Source: an uncultured candidate division Zixibacteria bacterium
Lineage (GTDB): Bacteria > Zixibacteria > MSB-5A5 > GN15 > PGXB01
NCBI GenBank assembly: GCA_963702205.1
Contig: OY969724.1
Coordinates: 1,728,001 to 1,792,000, forward strand
Length of the DNA: 64,000 nt
Direction of reading: 5' to 3'
A model generated the notes under the pieces. That model saw nothing but the letters and a program-made list of their open reading frames with translations. It searched no databases and was not told where the DNA came from. The position numbers and the translations under genes are program-made. Within the stretch, counting starts at the first letter, position 1. Each line of letters starts with the position of its first letter. Below are positions 9,145-20,300 of the stretch, piece by piece.

Positions 9145-9882
9145 TTACTCTATCAAAAAACTGATATTGACGGTACAGACGATTTCTTTTTGGACCGAAG
9201 TGACGTCGCTGATGCCGTAATCGGACACTTCCTGTGAGTGCAACGGTCGAATCTGGAAAACTCCCACCCGCGCCGAAGTCGGAGCACCGACTTTTTTGCC
9301 GTTGGTCTCGGCCAGCTGTTTGGCTCGTAACACGGCGTTTTCGGTGGCGGCTCTGATCATCTCGATTTTCAGCGTGTCCAGACCGGTAAACAGGTAGCGA
9401 GGGTTATACGAATTTATCTCGACGCCCTTTTCCAGCAGGGATGAGGCTTCACGGGCCAGTTGCGTAACTTTGGACACGACGCCTAATTCCATTTTGATCC
9501 GCTGGGTTAGAGTCACCCCGGTTTCATTGCGGTCGCGGTCATAATTTTTGCGGACGTTGACACCAAAAAGCTCGTAATCACCTTCTTTGAATCCTCGGCT
9601 GCTCATGAAGGCGGTCACCTTTTCGACGTCTGATTTTATTTTGGCGTAGCCGGCCTCGACCGTAGGAGAGGTCGCCGAGATTTCGGCTTCCCAGATGGCG
9701 AGATTCGATTCAATTGGTTTTGACGCCGCACCGGTCACGGATATGGTATTGCCATAGGCTTTGACTTTTAATAGGGTAACCCGCCCGATAAAAGCGCAGA
9801 TTATAAGAGCCGCGCCGATAATGACGCCGAATATTATCAGGTTATTCCTGTTGCTCATTGAAGTTTGAGAATTATTGTCCAT
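9145..9882 (-). CDS. SIMPL (DUF541) domain protein
   Basis: N-terminal TM, TISVTGAA, ATENAVLRAKQLA, ARVGVFQI, VNISF C-terminus. Confidence 0.85.
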   Translation of the reverse strand: MDNNSQTSMSNRNNLIIFGVIIGAALIICAFIGRVTLLKVKAYGNTISVTGAASKPIESNLAIWEAEISATSPTVEAGYAKIKSDVEKVTAFMSSRGFKEGDYELFGVNVRKNYDRDRNETGVTLTQRIKMELGVVSKVTQLAREASSLLEKGVEINSYNPRYLFTGLDTLKIEMIRAATENAVLRAKQLAETNGKKVGAPTSARVGVFQIRPLHSQEVSDYGISDVTSVQKEIVCTVNISFLIE

Positions 9883-10048
9883 ACTTATACTCCGAACGTT
9901 AAAAATTCAATCGCTTATCAATTTACTGGCCGGCGATTTTTATACAACAATAATCAGATCGGGAACGCGAAAACATTTTTAATTCGCATAGACACGATGC
10001 GTTATGAGAGCTTAAAGCAATTAAAATCTGCACTAACGGACAATTAAC

Positions 10049-10077
10049 TTGACACAAACGGTATTGACGATTAAACT
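10049..10077 (+). promoter_or_regulatory. Sigma70-like promoter on the strand opposite both flanking genes
   Basis: TTGACA (10049-54)-N17-TAAACT (10072-77). Confidence 0.6.
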
Positions 10078-10083
10078 AATTGC

Positions 10084-10190
10084 GAAAAGTTTCACTTACA
10101 GCCGGTTGGACAAGAGGGAACGGAAACTTTTGAAGGATAAATTCAGACGAAGATGGCCGAAGTGTAATTGACAATTCGGTCATTTTTTTT
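10084..10190 (+). ncRNA. Candidate ~105-nt small RNA
   Basis: Promoter upstream, 9-bp 5' stem AAAAGTTTC/GAAACTTTT, intrinsic terminator ATGGCCGAA...TTCGGTCAT followed by a T run; no ORF. Confidence 0.45.
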
Positions 10191-10196
10191 GCACTT

Positions 10197-11657
10197 TTAA
10201 AGAATAGACATGTGTTTTTCGAATGTCACGGCTCCCAGAACCGAATCGACAAAGAAATAGCTTTCCGGGTGAAACGGTGCATAAAACAGTTCGATGACTT
10301 CCGGGGCAAAGTGCCCGGTTTCCGTGACAAGGCTTTTCTTTCGCATCGTTTCTTCCCGGTCGATAGCGACTTCGGCAAAGGTTAATGCCTCTTCGAGACC
10401 GATTGTCACCGGGTGGAAATTATCGTCCTGTATTTCGATCGGTTCCGGATTTAGCCTGGGGAATGCCGCCGACATGCGTTTGGACAGCCTGAACACCGCC
10501 TCGAAATTCGGGGCGCGAAAGCCCGGAATAACCAGCCGGTCAGAATTATATATCCCGCCAAAAAGTCTTTGAAGGCGGCTGCTGTCGGCCGTCCTGATTT
10601 TAATAGCCCAGAATGGGAAGAACTTATCGTTGCGATTGGATTTGGGAGGAATCACGCCTTTAATGCTTTTATTAATCAAGGGGCTGTTGTCGAGGAAAGT
10701 CAACTCGTGGCAGTTGTGGCAGACGTATACATATGACTGCAGACCCGGCAGGTCGACACCACAATTCCCGCAGCGGTGCAAGTCCACGGTCAATTTCCCG
10801 AATTTCAACAGCGGCCCCTCACCAAAGTCCGGTTCCGAAAACGGCTCAACGTTCTCCTGTCGGCTTTCGATACGACCCGTGACACCATCGGCGATATACG
10901 TCTGATATGAACCCGAATGCGAACATTGAACCCGGCAGTACGGAAAATAGATGACCGAACCACGCGGGTAAAAAAGCCGCGTTTGGTTCTTTCCGAAATC
11001 GGCCGTATTCATGTTATCCCAGGAGTTCAGACCTTTGACAATTGCTTCCCGGACCTTCTCCCAGGGATTCATGACGGGGGCGCAGTCGAAGCCGTCCTCG
11101 ATATTTTCATTGGAATACGGCACCAGTCGCAGGTAGTCGGCCCGCACTCCCAGCGACACCGGGACGTCATCGAGTCCAACCCCCGCCCGGTACGTGTTGC
11201 TGAAGGGCGTCAGCGATATGTGGGTCATTTTGTCCTGGCGTGTGTTCGATTCCATGTTTGCGTGATAACCGCCAAAACCGGAAGGGTCATAACCGGTCGG
11301 TTCACCGATTGTTCTTTCCACGATTTCATTGCGGAGCTTGAGGAGAATGCCGTCGATTTTCCAGAACGGGTAATAAAACCAGGTATACCGGATATTGGAG
11401 CTGGTCAGCGGGAAATCGTGCTCCTTGAGATAGCGGTCGACTCCGAAACGAATTTCCCGCTCGTTTTTTCGGCTTTTGACCAGATACGCCGGTGGGACTT
11501 CGGGCATTTTGACCCGCAGAGCCGAGCCGCAATGATTACAGGTCAGGACGAAGAAATCCTGTTCCAGTTCCAGCGAACCTCCGCAGCCGGGGCAGGTCAC
11601 ACCGATAAAAAAGCCGGATTTGGCCGCCTTATTAGCGGCATGTTCACTGATTCGCAT
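10197..11657 (-). CDS. Zinc-ribbon-containing hypothetical protein
   Basis: CPGC/CNHC and CGNC/CHNC pairs, two aromatic PFW motifs; cotranscribed with the SPFH gene. Confidence 0.75.
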   Translation of the reverse strand: MRISEHAANKAAKSGFFIGVTCPGCGGSLELEQDFFVLTCNHCGSALRVKMPEVPPAYLVKSRKNEREIRFGVDRYLKEHDFPLTSSNIRYTWFYYPFWKIDGILLKLRNEIVERTIGEPTGYDPSGFGGYHANMESNTRQDKMTHISLTPFSNTYRAGVGLDDVPVSLGVRADYLRLVPYSNENIEDGFDCAPVMNPWEKVREAIVKGLNSWDNMNTADFGKNQTRLFYPRGSVIYFPYCRVQCSHSGSYQTYIADGVTGRIESRQENVEPFSEPDFGEGPLLKFGKLTVDLHRCGNCGVDLPGLQSYVYVCHNCHELTFLDNSPLINKSIKGVIPPKSNRNDKFFPFWAIKIRTADSSRLQRLFGGIYNSDRLVIPGFRAPNFEAVFRLSKRMSAAFPRLNPEPIEIQDDNFHPVTIGLEEALTFAEVAIDREETMRKKSLVTETGHFAPEVIELFYAPFHPESYFFVDSVLGAVTFEKHMSIL

Positions 11658-11669
11658 AAATCCGGCCGA

Positions 11670-12797
11670 TTAGCTTTCGCCTTCCTGGTCGATTTTCTGA
11701 CCGCATTCGCCACAGAATTTCGATCCGGGAATAATTTCCGCCGAGCAGTGTGGACAATAAGCCTTGGAGTCGAGCTTGTGGCCGCAGTGCAGGCAGTAAT
11801 TGGCCTCGGTCGGAAGTTCCGCGTTACACGAGGGGCATTTGTTCATGACGACCATGTTGTACCCGCAGCGATAGCAATATCGCGACTGCTCCGGCGTGTC
11901 GGCGTGACATTTGGGGCAGGTTACCGTCGCGACCGGTTCGCGGCGAAGATCGGTCTGTTCCGGTTTGAAGACGTTGTTCATGACACCGGGGAGCATCAGG
12001 CCGACTCCGGCCGCCATGCCCATACCGGCACCGGTTCCGGCCGGTCCGCCCGGCGTGCCCAGACCCTTGGCGATTTCGAATTTGAGGAATTTATCCAGGT
12101 CGCCCACCGCTTCCAGCCCGGAGCGTTGGTCGATCATTTTGGAAACTTCCTCGGGCGGCGTTATCGAAGAGATATAGAAGTCGATCAGTTCCAGACCATA
12201 TTTTTCGAATTCGCCATGCACGGTGTTCTTGAATTCACTGGCCAGTTCGGTATATATCGAGGGCAGATCCAGAATCGTGTCCAGTTTTTCACCGAGCATA
12301 TCATTCAAACGAGCAATGATAACGTCGCGCAGGTAGCTTTGTATGTCGGTGGTGTTGTAGCGGGACTGACGGCCAACGATAGAATTTAGAAAGAGAATGG
12401 GGTTGTCGATGCGCATCGTGAAAGCGCCGTGCCCGCGCAGGCGGATCAGGCCGAGTTTGCTGTCTTTGAAAGTCACCGGATGAGTCGTGCCCCATTTCAG
12501 ATCGGTGAAAGTTTTCAGGTTGCAGAAATAGACTTCGGCCCTGAAAGGCGAATTAAAGCCGAAGGGGAAAGCCAACAGGCGGGTCAGGATGGGAACGTTC
12601 ATGGAAGTCAGGGTATGGCGGCCGGTGGTGAAAGTATCTGCGGCGTGGCCGTCTTTGAAAAATATGGCGGTCTGGCTGTCGCGTACGATCAGTTGGGCAC
12701 CGAGTTTAAAATCGGCGGATCCTTCCTGAGGGATACGATGAATCATTTCTTCCCCGGACGGATCAATCCATTCGATTACCTCAATAAGCAGGGACAT
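11670..12797 (-). CDS. SPFH (band 7, YdjI-like) protein with C-terminal double zinc ribbons
   Basis: [27 protein letters not shown]; three CxxC...CxxC ribbons; GAGGA RBS supports ATG 12797. Confidence 0.88.
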   Translation of the reverse strand: MSLLIEVIEWIDPSGEEMIHRIPQEGSADFKLGAQLIVRDSQTAIFFKDGHAADTFTTGRHTLTSMNVPILTRLLAFPFGFNSPFRAEVYFCNLKTFTDLKWGTTHPVTFKDSKLGLIRLRGHGAFTMRIDNPILFLNSIVGRQSRYNTTDIQSYLRDVIIARLNDMLGEKLDTILDLPSIYTELASEFKNTVHGEFEKYGLELIDFYISSITPPEEVSKMIDQRSGLEAVGDLDKFLKFEIAKGLGTPGGPAGTGAGMGMAAGVGLMLPGVMNNVFKPEQTDLRREPVATVTCPKCHADTPEQSRYCYRCGYNMVVMNKCPSCNAELPTEANYCLHCGHKLDSKAYCPHCSAEIIPGSKFCGECGQKIDQEGES

Positions 12798-12934
12798 GTA
12801 ACTTTCCTCATACTTTCGATTTGATCTGTTTATAATATTAATCGACAAATGTGCCGAATGGCTTAGCCGGGACCCTGCCGCCGGTTCGCGGAGGTTTTTT
12901 TTGGGCCTTTTCTAAGCCCTTGCCAAATAATTGC

Positions 12935-12963
12935 TTGACCATATACGGCAGGGCCTTTATATT
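12935..12963 (+). promoter_or_regulatory. Sigma70-like promoter
   Basis: TTGACC-N17-TATATT. Confidence 0.5.
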
Positions 12964-13393
12964 AATATAAGTAGTAGGGACAACGGGATATTAGGGCGCT
13001 AACCTCTCTACTTTTTCATACCGCTTTTACCTTTTCGGCCCTGAAGGGAATTTTGGATGCTGTCAAATTTGACCGCCTTGTTGGCGGGAAATTTGAAAAA
13101 TTTGCCTGGGGATGCCCGGATAAAGATATCTCCTGCAGCCATTGGCCTAAAATGCCATCTGTTTGTGAGTATTTTTCATAAATTTGTAGATATCGCATTA
13201 ATAAAATGGTGCGATTTCCCGATTTTAGGAAACAGAGGAAGTATAACTCGCGTAAATCAAAGGAGGGATGGATATAAGATCGCACTTGCCTAAGTGACTG
13301 CCATACCGCCGGAGATTTTCGGCCTGATGAGTCCTTACCTCTATATTTAAAAAGAATAAAGAAGCTAAACTACATAACAACATGGAGTAAACC

Positions 13394-15706
13394 ATGAGGA
13401 ACTTTAAAAAAGCAACGTTGATGGTGATTTTAGGCATCTTCGTTCTGAGCCTGTCTGCCGGAGCAACCACTTTTAAGTCCGAGCAGATTAAGGGACAGAA
13501 GATCGATGCGCCAAAAATCACGATTACCGTCAAATCTGAAACGCTTCCGGCCATGCCATCTCAGCAACCGCCTTCACGCGCCTTCGTCAAAGGGCCCCAG
13601 GGAGGTGGGGAAACCTTTGCCACCGCCACCGCCATACCCTCACTTCCTTATACAGACAACGGTTCCACTACCGGTATGAATGATGATTATGATCCGACTC
13701 TTTCGGGCTATTGTCCGATCGCGACCGCTGCTCCCGATGTCGTTTATTCTTATACCCCGGCGGCCGGCGAGCTGGTTACGATCACCACTTGTGGTTCATC
13801 TTATTGGACAAGGCTGTTGATTTATGAGAATGATGAATCAACCTTGCTGGCCTGCAATCAATATTATGACGCATGCGCCGACCCGATGCACGCCGGCGTT
13901 GCCGATATTTCCATGACCCCGCCAAATACATATTATATTGTCGTTGATGGTTTTTCCGGAACGCCGGGACCGTATGGCGATTATGATATTGAAGTCACTG
14001 CCCGCGAACCTGTCGATACCCTTCGTGTAGAGCCGTCTCTGGCCGATGCCGGTATGGGTAACTTATTCCTGGGTTATAGTTATCGCGAATACGACTCTTC
14101 GCTATTCTGGACGTCGTCAATGGACGATGGCATGAATTTCGACAGCCCGGTCTATTGGGCCCTTACCCCCGGTTTTCCGATGTATCCTTCGGTCAAATAT
14201 TGGGGCCTGGATACAACGTTCTATGGCACCTTCATGCAGCCGGGCCGGGATAATGGATCGGCCATTTGGCTGCTGGACGTCCCGAATTCCGTGGACAACG
14301 CTACCTGGACACTTTCCTCCTGGAATTTCGCCGGAGCTCCATTCGATTTCAAGCATATGAGAAGCGTTGAAATGGCCACGAATAATGGCCGTTTGCCCTG
14401 GGAATGGGGTTTCATGTCCATTACCGGAGATTTAACCTATAACACTACTTCCGAATACCCTGATATCGATTTTATCTTTTACCCAACCAGCGAAGACGGC
14501 TACGCCTCGATGAGTGCCTATGGTCAAATCGGCTGCAGCACTTCGGCCGCTGTCATAGATCCCGTTACTTTAAGAGCGTATGCTTCCTACGATTATTATG
14601 ATACCGACAACAGCCAATGGATATTATTGGTTCGTCAGGAATCCTCGGATGACTGGGACGATGCCCTCGGATGGAGCGGCATGTGGGGCTTCGGCGCCAA
14701 TGCCGGCGAAAATGTCATGTATCCGACGTCGGACGCCTATAATGGTCACCTGCTGGTGGCTATGGAACACTGGGCAACTGCATCACCCAACAACCATAAT
14801 GTCGTTTGTTTTACTTCCAATAGCGAAACCATGGCCGATGATATGAATCTTTCGACTGTTGCGAATACTACCGATGACGAAAGATTCCCGAGGGTGCGGC
14901 ATGTTGCTGATCAGACTTTTGTCGTTGTCTATTATTCGGGTGACTCACTTTATTACTCCGTTACCGAAGATGCCGGCTCGACCTGGGGTACTCCGGTTCT
15001 GGCCAGTGTCCCGGATGATAAATGTGTGGTTGTATACCGTGGTTTTGACCTGGGCGAATCTGATGGCAGCAATGTCAAGCTAATATACACCTATGAGGTA
15101 CCGGCTGCTAAATCATATGCCGGACCGACATATTTAAGAATTGTCGAATTGAATATTATAGAGATTCAGGATGCGGACGGCGACGGTTTTGCCGATGACG
15201 TCGACAACTGCCCGGCCGTGTATAATCCCGATCAAACCAACAGCGATGGCGACACTTACGGTGACGTTTGCGACAACTGCCCGTTCGTGACCAATGAAGA
15301 TCAGCTCGATACCGATGCTGACGGGGTCGGCGACGCCTGTGATAATTGTATTGATATGTCCAACCCGACTCAGGATGACGCCGATGCCGATGGCGTCGGT
15401 GACGTTTGCGATAACTGTGAAAACGTCTACAATCCGGGTCAGGAAGACGCCAACAGCAACGGCGTCGGTGATGCCTGCGACTGGGTTTGCGGTGATGCCT
15501 CCGGTGACGGAGCGGTTAACCTGCTCGATATCCTCTTCCTGATATGGTACAAGTATGATACTCCTCCGGGAGACGCCCCGGCCATTATGGAAGCGGCTGA
15601 TGTTAACAACGACCATGCCGTTAACCTGCTGGATATTTTGGTTCTGATTTCCTATAAATACGATTCTCCTCCGGGAGATGATCCGATTTGCCCTTCTACA
15701 TTTTAA
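13394..15706 (+). CDS. Secreted protein with thrombospondin type-3 repeats and C-terminal dockerin-like domain
   Basis: Signal peptide; BNR-like SMDDGMNF/TEDAGSTW; DADGDG..D..DNCP repeats (~15170-15480); [19 protein letters not shown] tail. Confidence 0.85.
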   Translation: MRNFKKATLMVILGIFVLSLSAGATTFKSEQIKGQKIDAPKITITVKSETLPAMPSQQPPSRAFVKGPQGGGETFATATAIPSLPYTDNGSTTGMNDDYDPTLSGYCPIATAAPDVVYSYTPAAGELVTITTCGSSYWTRLLIYENDESTLLACNQYYDACADPMHAGVADISMTPPNTYYIVVDGFSGTPGPYGDYDIEVTAREPVDTLRVEPSLADAGMGNLFLGYSYREYDSSLFWTSSMDDGMNFDSPVYWALTPGFPMYPSVKYWGLDTTFYGTFMQPGRDNGSAIWLLDVPNSVDNATWTLSSWNFAGAPFDFKHMRSVEMATNNGRLPWEWGFMSITGDLTYNTTSEYPDIDFIFYPTSEDGYASMSAYGQIGCSTSAAVIDPVTLRAYASYDYYDTDNSQWILLVRQESSDDWDDALGWSGMWGFGANAGENVMYPTSDAYNGHLLVAMEHWATASPNNHNVVCFTSNSETMADDMNLSTVANTTDDERFPRVRHVADQTFVVVYYSGDSLYYSVTEDAGSTWGTPVLASVPDDKCVVVYRGFDLGESDGSNVKLIYTYEVPAAKSYAGPTYLRIVELNIIEIQDADGDGFADDVDNCPAVYNPDQTNSDGDTYGDVCDNCPFVTNEDQLDTDADGVGDACDNCIDMSNPTQDDADADGVGDVCDNCENVYNPGQEDANSNGVGDACDWVCGDASGDGAVNLLDILFLIWYKYDTPPGDAPAIMEAADVNNDHAVNLLDILVLISYKYDSPPGDDPICPSTF

Positions 15707-15724
15707 TCGAAATCTGACAATTTC

Positions 15725-15758
15725 AGGGCTTCGCAAACTCCGGAGCCCTTTTTCTTTT
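15725..15758 (+). terminator. Intrinsic terminator
   Basis: AGGGCTTCG-loop-CGGAGCCCT followed by a T-rich tract. Confidence 0.75.
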
Positions 15759-15895
15759 AGAGTCCGCGAAAGATTCTGTACAAAAGCGTATATCTTATTG
15801 TTATTTCAAAAGTTATATTGACAAAAATAAAAATTACGTTATTATGATTTTAAGAGGTATGCTGTTATTACAATGATTCTGCCCCGGGTGGATAA

Positions 15896-17278
15896 ATGAC
15901 CACATTTTTCTCGTATTTTTTTGTTTTTCTGTGTCTAATAATACCATTTACGCAAGCTACGGATGTCTTTACTCCTCAGGCGGAGTTGAAGGCAATTCAG
16001 GAGAAAATTGACCGGGAGGGTCTTAACTGGACCGCCGGGCTGAACCCGATTGTCGAAGAATTTACTCCCGAGGAAAGACAAAAAATACTCGGGCTGAAAC
16101 TGCCCGAAAACTGGCAGGAAATCTGGGAGGCGCATCTCGACCCGAATTTCGCGGCCAGGGCCGACCGTGACCTGCCCGCATATTTCAATTGGCAGGACAG
16201 CGCCGTACTGACCGGAGTGAGAAATCAGGGGGGCTGCGGCTCCTGTTGGGATTTTGCCGCGACCGCTTCTCTCGAATCCATTTACAGCATTTATCGCGGG
16301 AAGAAGCTCGATCTTTCCGAACAGTACGTCCTCTCGTGCGTGACGCAGGGAGTCGGCTGCGACGGCGGCTATATGGATCAGGCCTACAATAGCTTCCTTT
16401 ATCATGGGGCGATAGCCGAATCCTGCATGCCGTATCAGGCCAACGATATGATCCTCTGCTCCAACGGCCAGGACTGCCCGGCGCTCGTTACGATCACCGG
16501 CTGGATGGCCATCCCCAACAATCGGACAATGCTAAAGACGGCCGTCCTGATTGCACCGGTGGCACTGACATTTTTCGCTTTCCCGGATTTGTATTATTAT
16601 CACGACGGCTGCTATGTCAACAGCACGACTCCCGAAGTCAACCATGCCGTCCTGCTGGTCGGCTGGGATGACAACGCCTGTGGCGGCGAGGGAGCCTGGC
16701 GCTGCAAAAACAGCTGGGGCCAATGGTGGGGCGACGGCGGATATTTCTGGATTAAATATGACTGCCGTAATTTTGGCGGTTCGGCGGCACTGCTACAGAT
16801 CGATACACTGCTCGATATCGCCGCGAGTCGCAACCTGCCGCCCGCGAGTTTTTGCAATACTTATAATTTCCAGTTCGAAGGCGTCGGCGGCGCGGAACCA
16901 TACGTCTGGACTTTGATCGACGATAATTTTCCTCCGGGAATCAGCTTGAACGGCGAGGGACTTCTGTCGGGTGATTTCGCATCCGACGGAAATTACTCCT
17001 TCACCTTGCGCGTCGGAGACCAATCGTACCCTCCAAAGTATTACTTCGATGATTTTTCATTAAATGTCCGTTCGGTTTTGAACGGTGACGTCGATTGCAC
17101 GGGCGATTTGAATCTTCTGGACATTCTATTTTTAATAAACTTCGTTTATAACGAAGGACCCGATCCGGTCAATATGAAAAGCGGTGACTGCGATTGCTCT
17201 CAAACGTGCAACCTGTTGGACATACTGTACCTGATCGGTTACATTTACGACGACGGTCCGGCGCCGTGTCAGTACTAA
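15896..17278 (+). CDS. Papain-like C1A cysteine protease with Ig-like and dockerin-like domains
   Basis: [51 protein letters not shown] Ig repeat; dockerin tail. Confidence 0.93.
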   Translation: MTTFFSYFFVFLCLIIPFTQATDVFTPQAELKAIQEKIDREGLNWTAGLNPIVEEFTPEERQKILGLKLPENWQEIWEAHLDPNFAARADRDLPAYFNWQDSAVLTGVRNQGGCGSCWDFAATASLESIYSIYRGKKLDLSEQYVLSCVTQGVGCDGGYMDQAYNSFLYHGAIAESCMPYQANDMILCSNGQDCPALVTITGWMAIPNNRTMLKTAVLIAPVALTFFAFPDLYYYHDGCYVNSTTPEVNHAVLLVGWDDNACGGEGAWRCKNSWGQWWGDGGYFWIKYDCRNFGGSAALLQIDTLLDIAASRNLPPASFCNTYNFQFEGVGGAEPYVWTLIDDNFPPGISLNGEGLLSGDFASDGNYSFTLRVGDQSYPPKYYFDDFSLNVRSVLNGDVDCTGDLNLLDILFLINFVYNEGPDPVNMKSGDCDCSQTCNLLDILYLIGYIYDDGPAPCQY

Positions 17279-17350
17279 GGACCTCGTCATGCATAGTGAA
17301 GTACCATTCGTTTCGACAATAATAGGATTGATGTATAGAAAGAGGATGCG

Positions 17351-20300
17351 ATGCTGAAAAAACTGCTCATGGTGTTTTTGGGGGTGATGCTGATCGCGGT
17401 TTCGGTTTCAGCCGAAACTGTCGACCTCGGAAACACGGCCGATCCGGTTCGGGTGAAAGTGCTCGAATCGAATATCGACCGGACGGTGATACGGGTCGAT
17501 CTCGGATCGTTCGACAGGAATCTCGTCGATATCGACGGCCAACCTTTTTTCCTGATAACCAACGGCGATGAAGGCGTCCTGCGCGAAAAAGGCAATCCGG
17601 CCGTTCCGCGCATCTGTCGCAGCATTATTATACCCGACGACGCCGCGATGAAAGTGAATATCGTCGACGCCGAATATGTCGATTTCGACAATACCCCGGT
17701 CGCCCCGTCCAAGGGCTCCATCCTTCGTACGATCGATCCGCGACTGGTCAAATACGAATTTTCCGACGTCTATTCCCAAAACGAATTTTTTCCCGGAAAT
17801 CTGGCCAACCTGCGCGATCCGTTTATCCAGCGGGATTATCGCGGCACGGTTGTCGAAGTCTATCCGTTTCAGTACAACCCGGTTTCGCAGATCCTTCGCG
17901 TTTATAAAACCGTCACCATTGAAGTGATCAATGACGGGCCGGGGCAGATCAACGTCCTGACGCCCGATAAGAAGAAATCCGTCCGTGTGGCCGATTTTGA
18001 AACGTCGTATAAAAGGCGTTTCCTGAATTATGATTTTCAATCCAAGTTGTATCCCGACGTGGACGAAATCGGCGACATGCTGATTATAACCTACGCTTCG
18101 TTCCACTCGACCATTAATTCCCTGGCTGACTGGAAACGTCAGAAAGGCATCAAAACGACAGTGGTGGATGTTTCGTCGATCGGCAATAATTCAACTTCGA
18201 TTGGCAATTTTATACATAATTTTTATGACAGCACCAACCTCGCCTGGGTGCTTCTGATCGGTGACGCCGCGCAGGTGGCGACCGGCAATTTCGACGGCGG
18301 CGGGGCCGACCCGATGTACGCCCTGGTGGCGGGATCGGACAGTTATCCCGACTTGTTTATCGGCCGCTTCTCCGCCGAGAATACGGCCCAGGTGCAGACG
18401 CAGGTGGACCGCACTATCGTCTATGAGCGCGATTACACGGCGGGCGGATGGTACACCCACGGCACCGGTATCGCGTCGGACCAGGGGCCGGGACATTTCA
18501 ACGAATACGACTACCAACACATGAACAATATTCGCACCGATCTGCTGGGGTACAATTATACGCAGGTCGATCAGATTTACGATCCGAGCGCGTCGGCATC
18601 GGCGGTCGCCAGCGCCTTGAACTCCGGGCGCAGCACCGTGAATTATATCGGTCACGGATCGACCACGGCCTGGTCCACGACCGGCTTTTCCAATACCAAT
18701 GTCAACTCCCTGACCAACAACGGCATGCTGCCGTTCATACATTCGGTGGCGTGCGTCAACGGTAATTTTACGAGTTCCACCTGTTTCGGCGAGGCCTGGC
18801 TGAGGGCGACCAATGGCGGCGCTCCCAGCGGTGCGGTCGGGGCGTACATGTCCTCGATAAACCAGTACTGGGATGAACCGATGGACGGCCAGGATGAGTA
18901 CATCGACCTGTTGTGCGCCGAAGCCAAGACCTCATTCGGCGGGCTGTGCTTCAACGGCTCATCGCGTATGATCGAGATCAATGGCACCAGCGGCGCCGAT
19001 ATGTACAACACCTGGCATATTTTCGGCGATCCCTCGCTTCAGATCAGAACTCTCGACCCGCAGCAAATAACGGTGAATCACCCCGGCACGGTCTTTTTTG
19101 TCGCCACCGAGTACACGGTCGACGTGGGCGTCGAAGGCGCGCTCTGTGCGCTCTATGCTGACGGCGTGGTTTACGGGTCGGCTTATTCAGATGCCGGCGG
19201 CATCGCCGTCATCCCGATTGAGCAGGAACTGCCGATTGCGAGCGACATTCTGTTAACGGTTACGGGATATAATATCGAGACGGTGGTTGATACGGTTACG
19301 ACGACGTCCGACCTGGCCATCATTCACCGCGACCCTCTGCCGGACACGAAAGATACGCTCGACGATTTCAGAGTCGATTGCGAAATATATACGTCGTCTC
19401 CGCTCAATGCGAACGACTTGCTGCTGAAGTATGAAACCAATTCTACCTGGAATTCGGTTGTCCTCAGTGAAGGATTGATGCAGGGCGAATATTACGGCAT
19501 GATTCCGTCGCAGCCGGCTGGGACGGACGTCAGCTATTACCTGTACGCATCCAATACCGGCGGTTTTGTCGATTCGACCGATATCTTCTCGTTCAAAGTT
19601 ATAGACTATGGTTTGCTGTTCGGACCCGCATTTTCGACATTGTCGGCGCCGGTCGACGATACGGTCTGGTATGATCTGTCCGTCACCAACGACGGCGTTC
19701 TGGCGGATATTTATGATCTGATCGTTTCCGGCAATAACTGGGAGACGTCGATCTTTGACGAAACCGGAATGTTCGAAGTGTCATCGTCGACCGAACTCAA
19801 CGGAGACGACGTTTTCGATTTTAAAGTACGCGTGGTTATCCCGCAAAGCTGGGAAGATGATTACGATTCGACGACGGTGACGGCGATGTCGGAAGGTAAC
19901 CATTCATACTTCGCGACGGCGGCAATCAAAACCGTTTCGGCCGGGCAACCACTGCCGATTCCGTTTTCCGATGATTTCCCGTCCAGCGCATTCGACGTGC
20001 ACAAGTGGGAGTCGACCGATGGCGTCGAAACCAGCCAGTTGGGACTGAATATACCCACGCCGCCGTACTGTCTGAATTTCGATGGTTCTCCAAGCGGCGG
20101 TGATGAACTTGTCTCCGAAAAAATAAATCTTCGCAATGAATCCGGCTGCATCGTTCGCTTTAAGTACGAACGGACCGGATCCGGTGATTCTCCTGAAGCC
20201 GGAGACGATCTGGTTACCGAGTATCTCGATGCCACGGGCACATGGCACGAAATCAGCCGTCTCGGTGGCGACGGTCCCGACATGACGGAATTCGAAGAGG

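Noticed and set aside
10917..12389. 490-aa plus-strand ORF
   Set aside because: Antisense shadow of two well-supported minus-strand genes; no recognisable motifs
13296..13345. CTGATGAG hammerhead-like core in an intergenic hairpin
   Set aside because: No stem II followed by GAAA in the required arrangement
15169..15480. Periodic GAC/GGC-rich repeats that could suggest an array
   Set aside because: They encode thrombospondin type-3 repeats within a CDS; no identical DNA repeats with unique spacers
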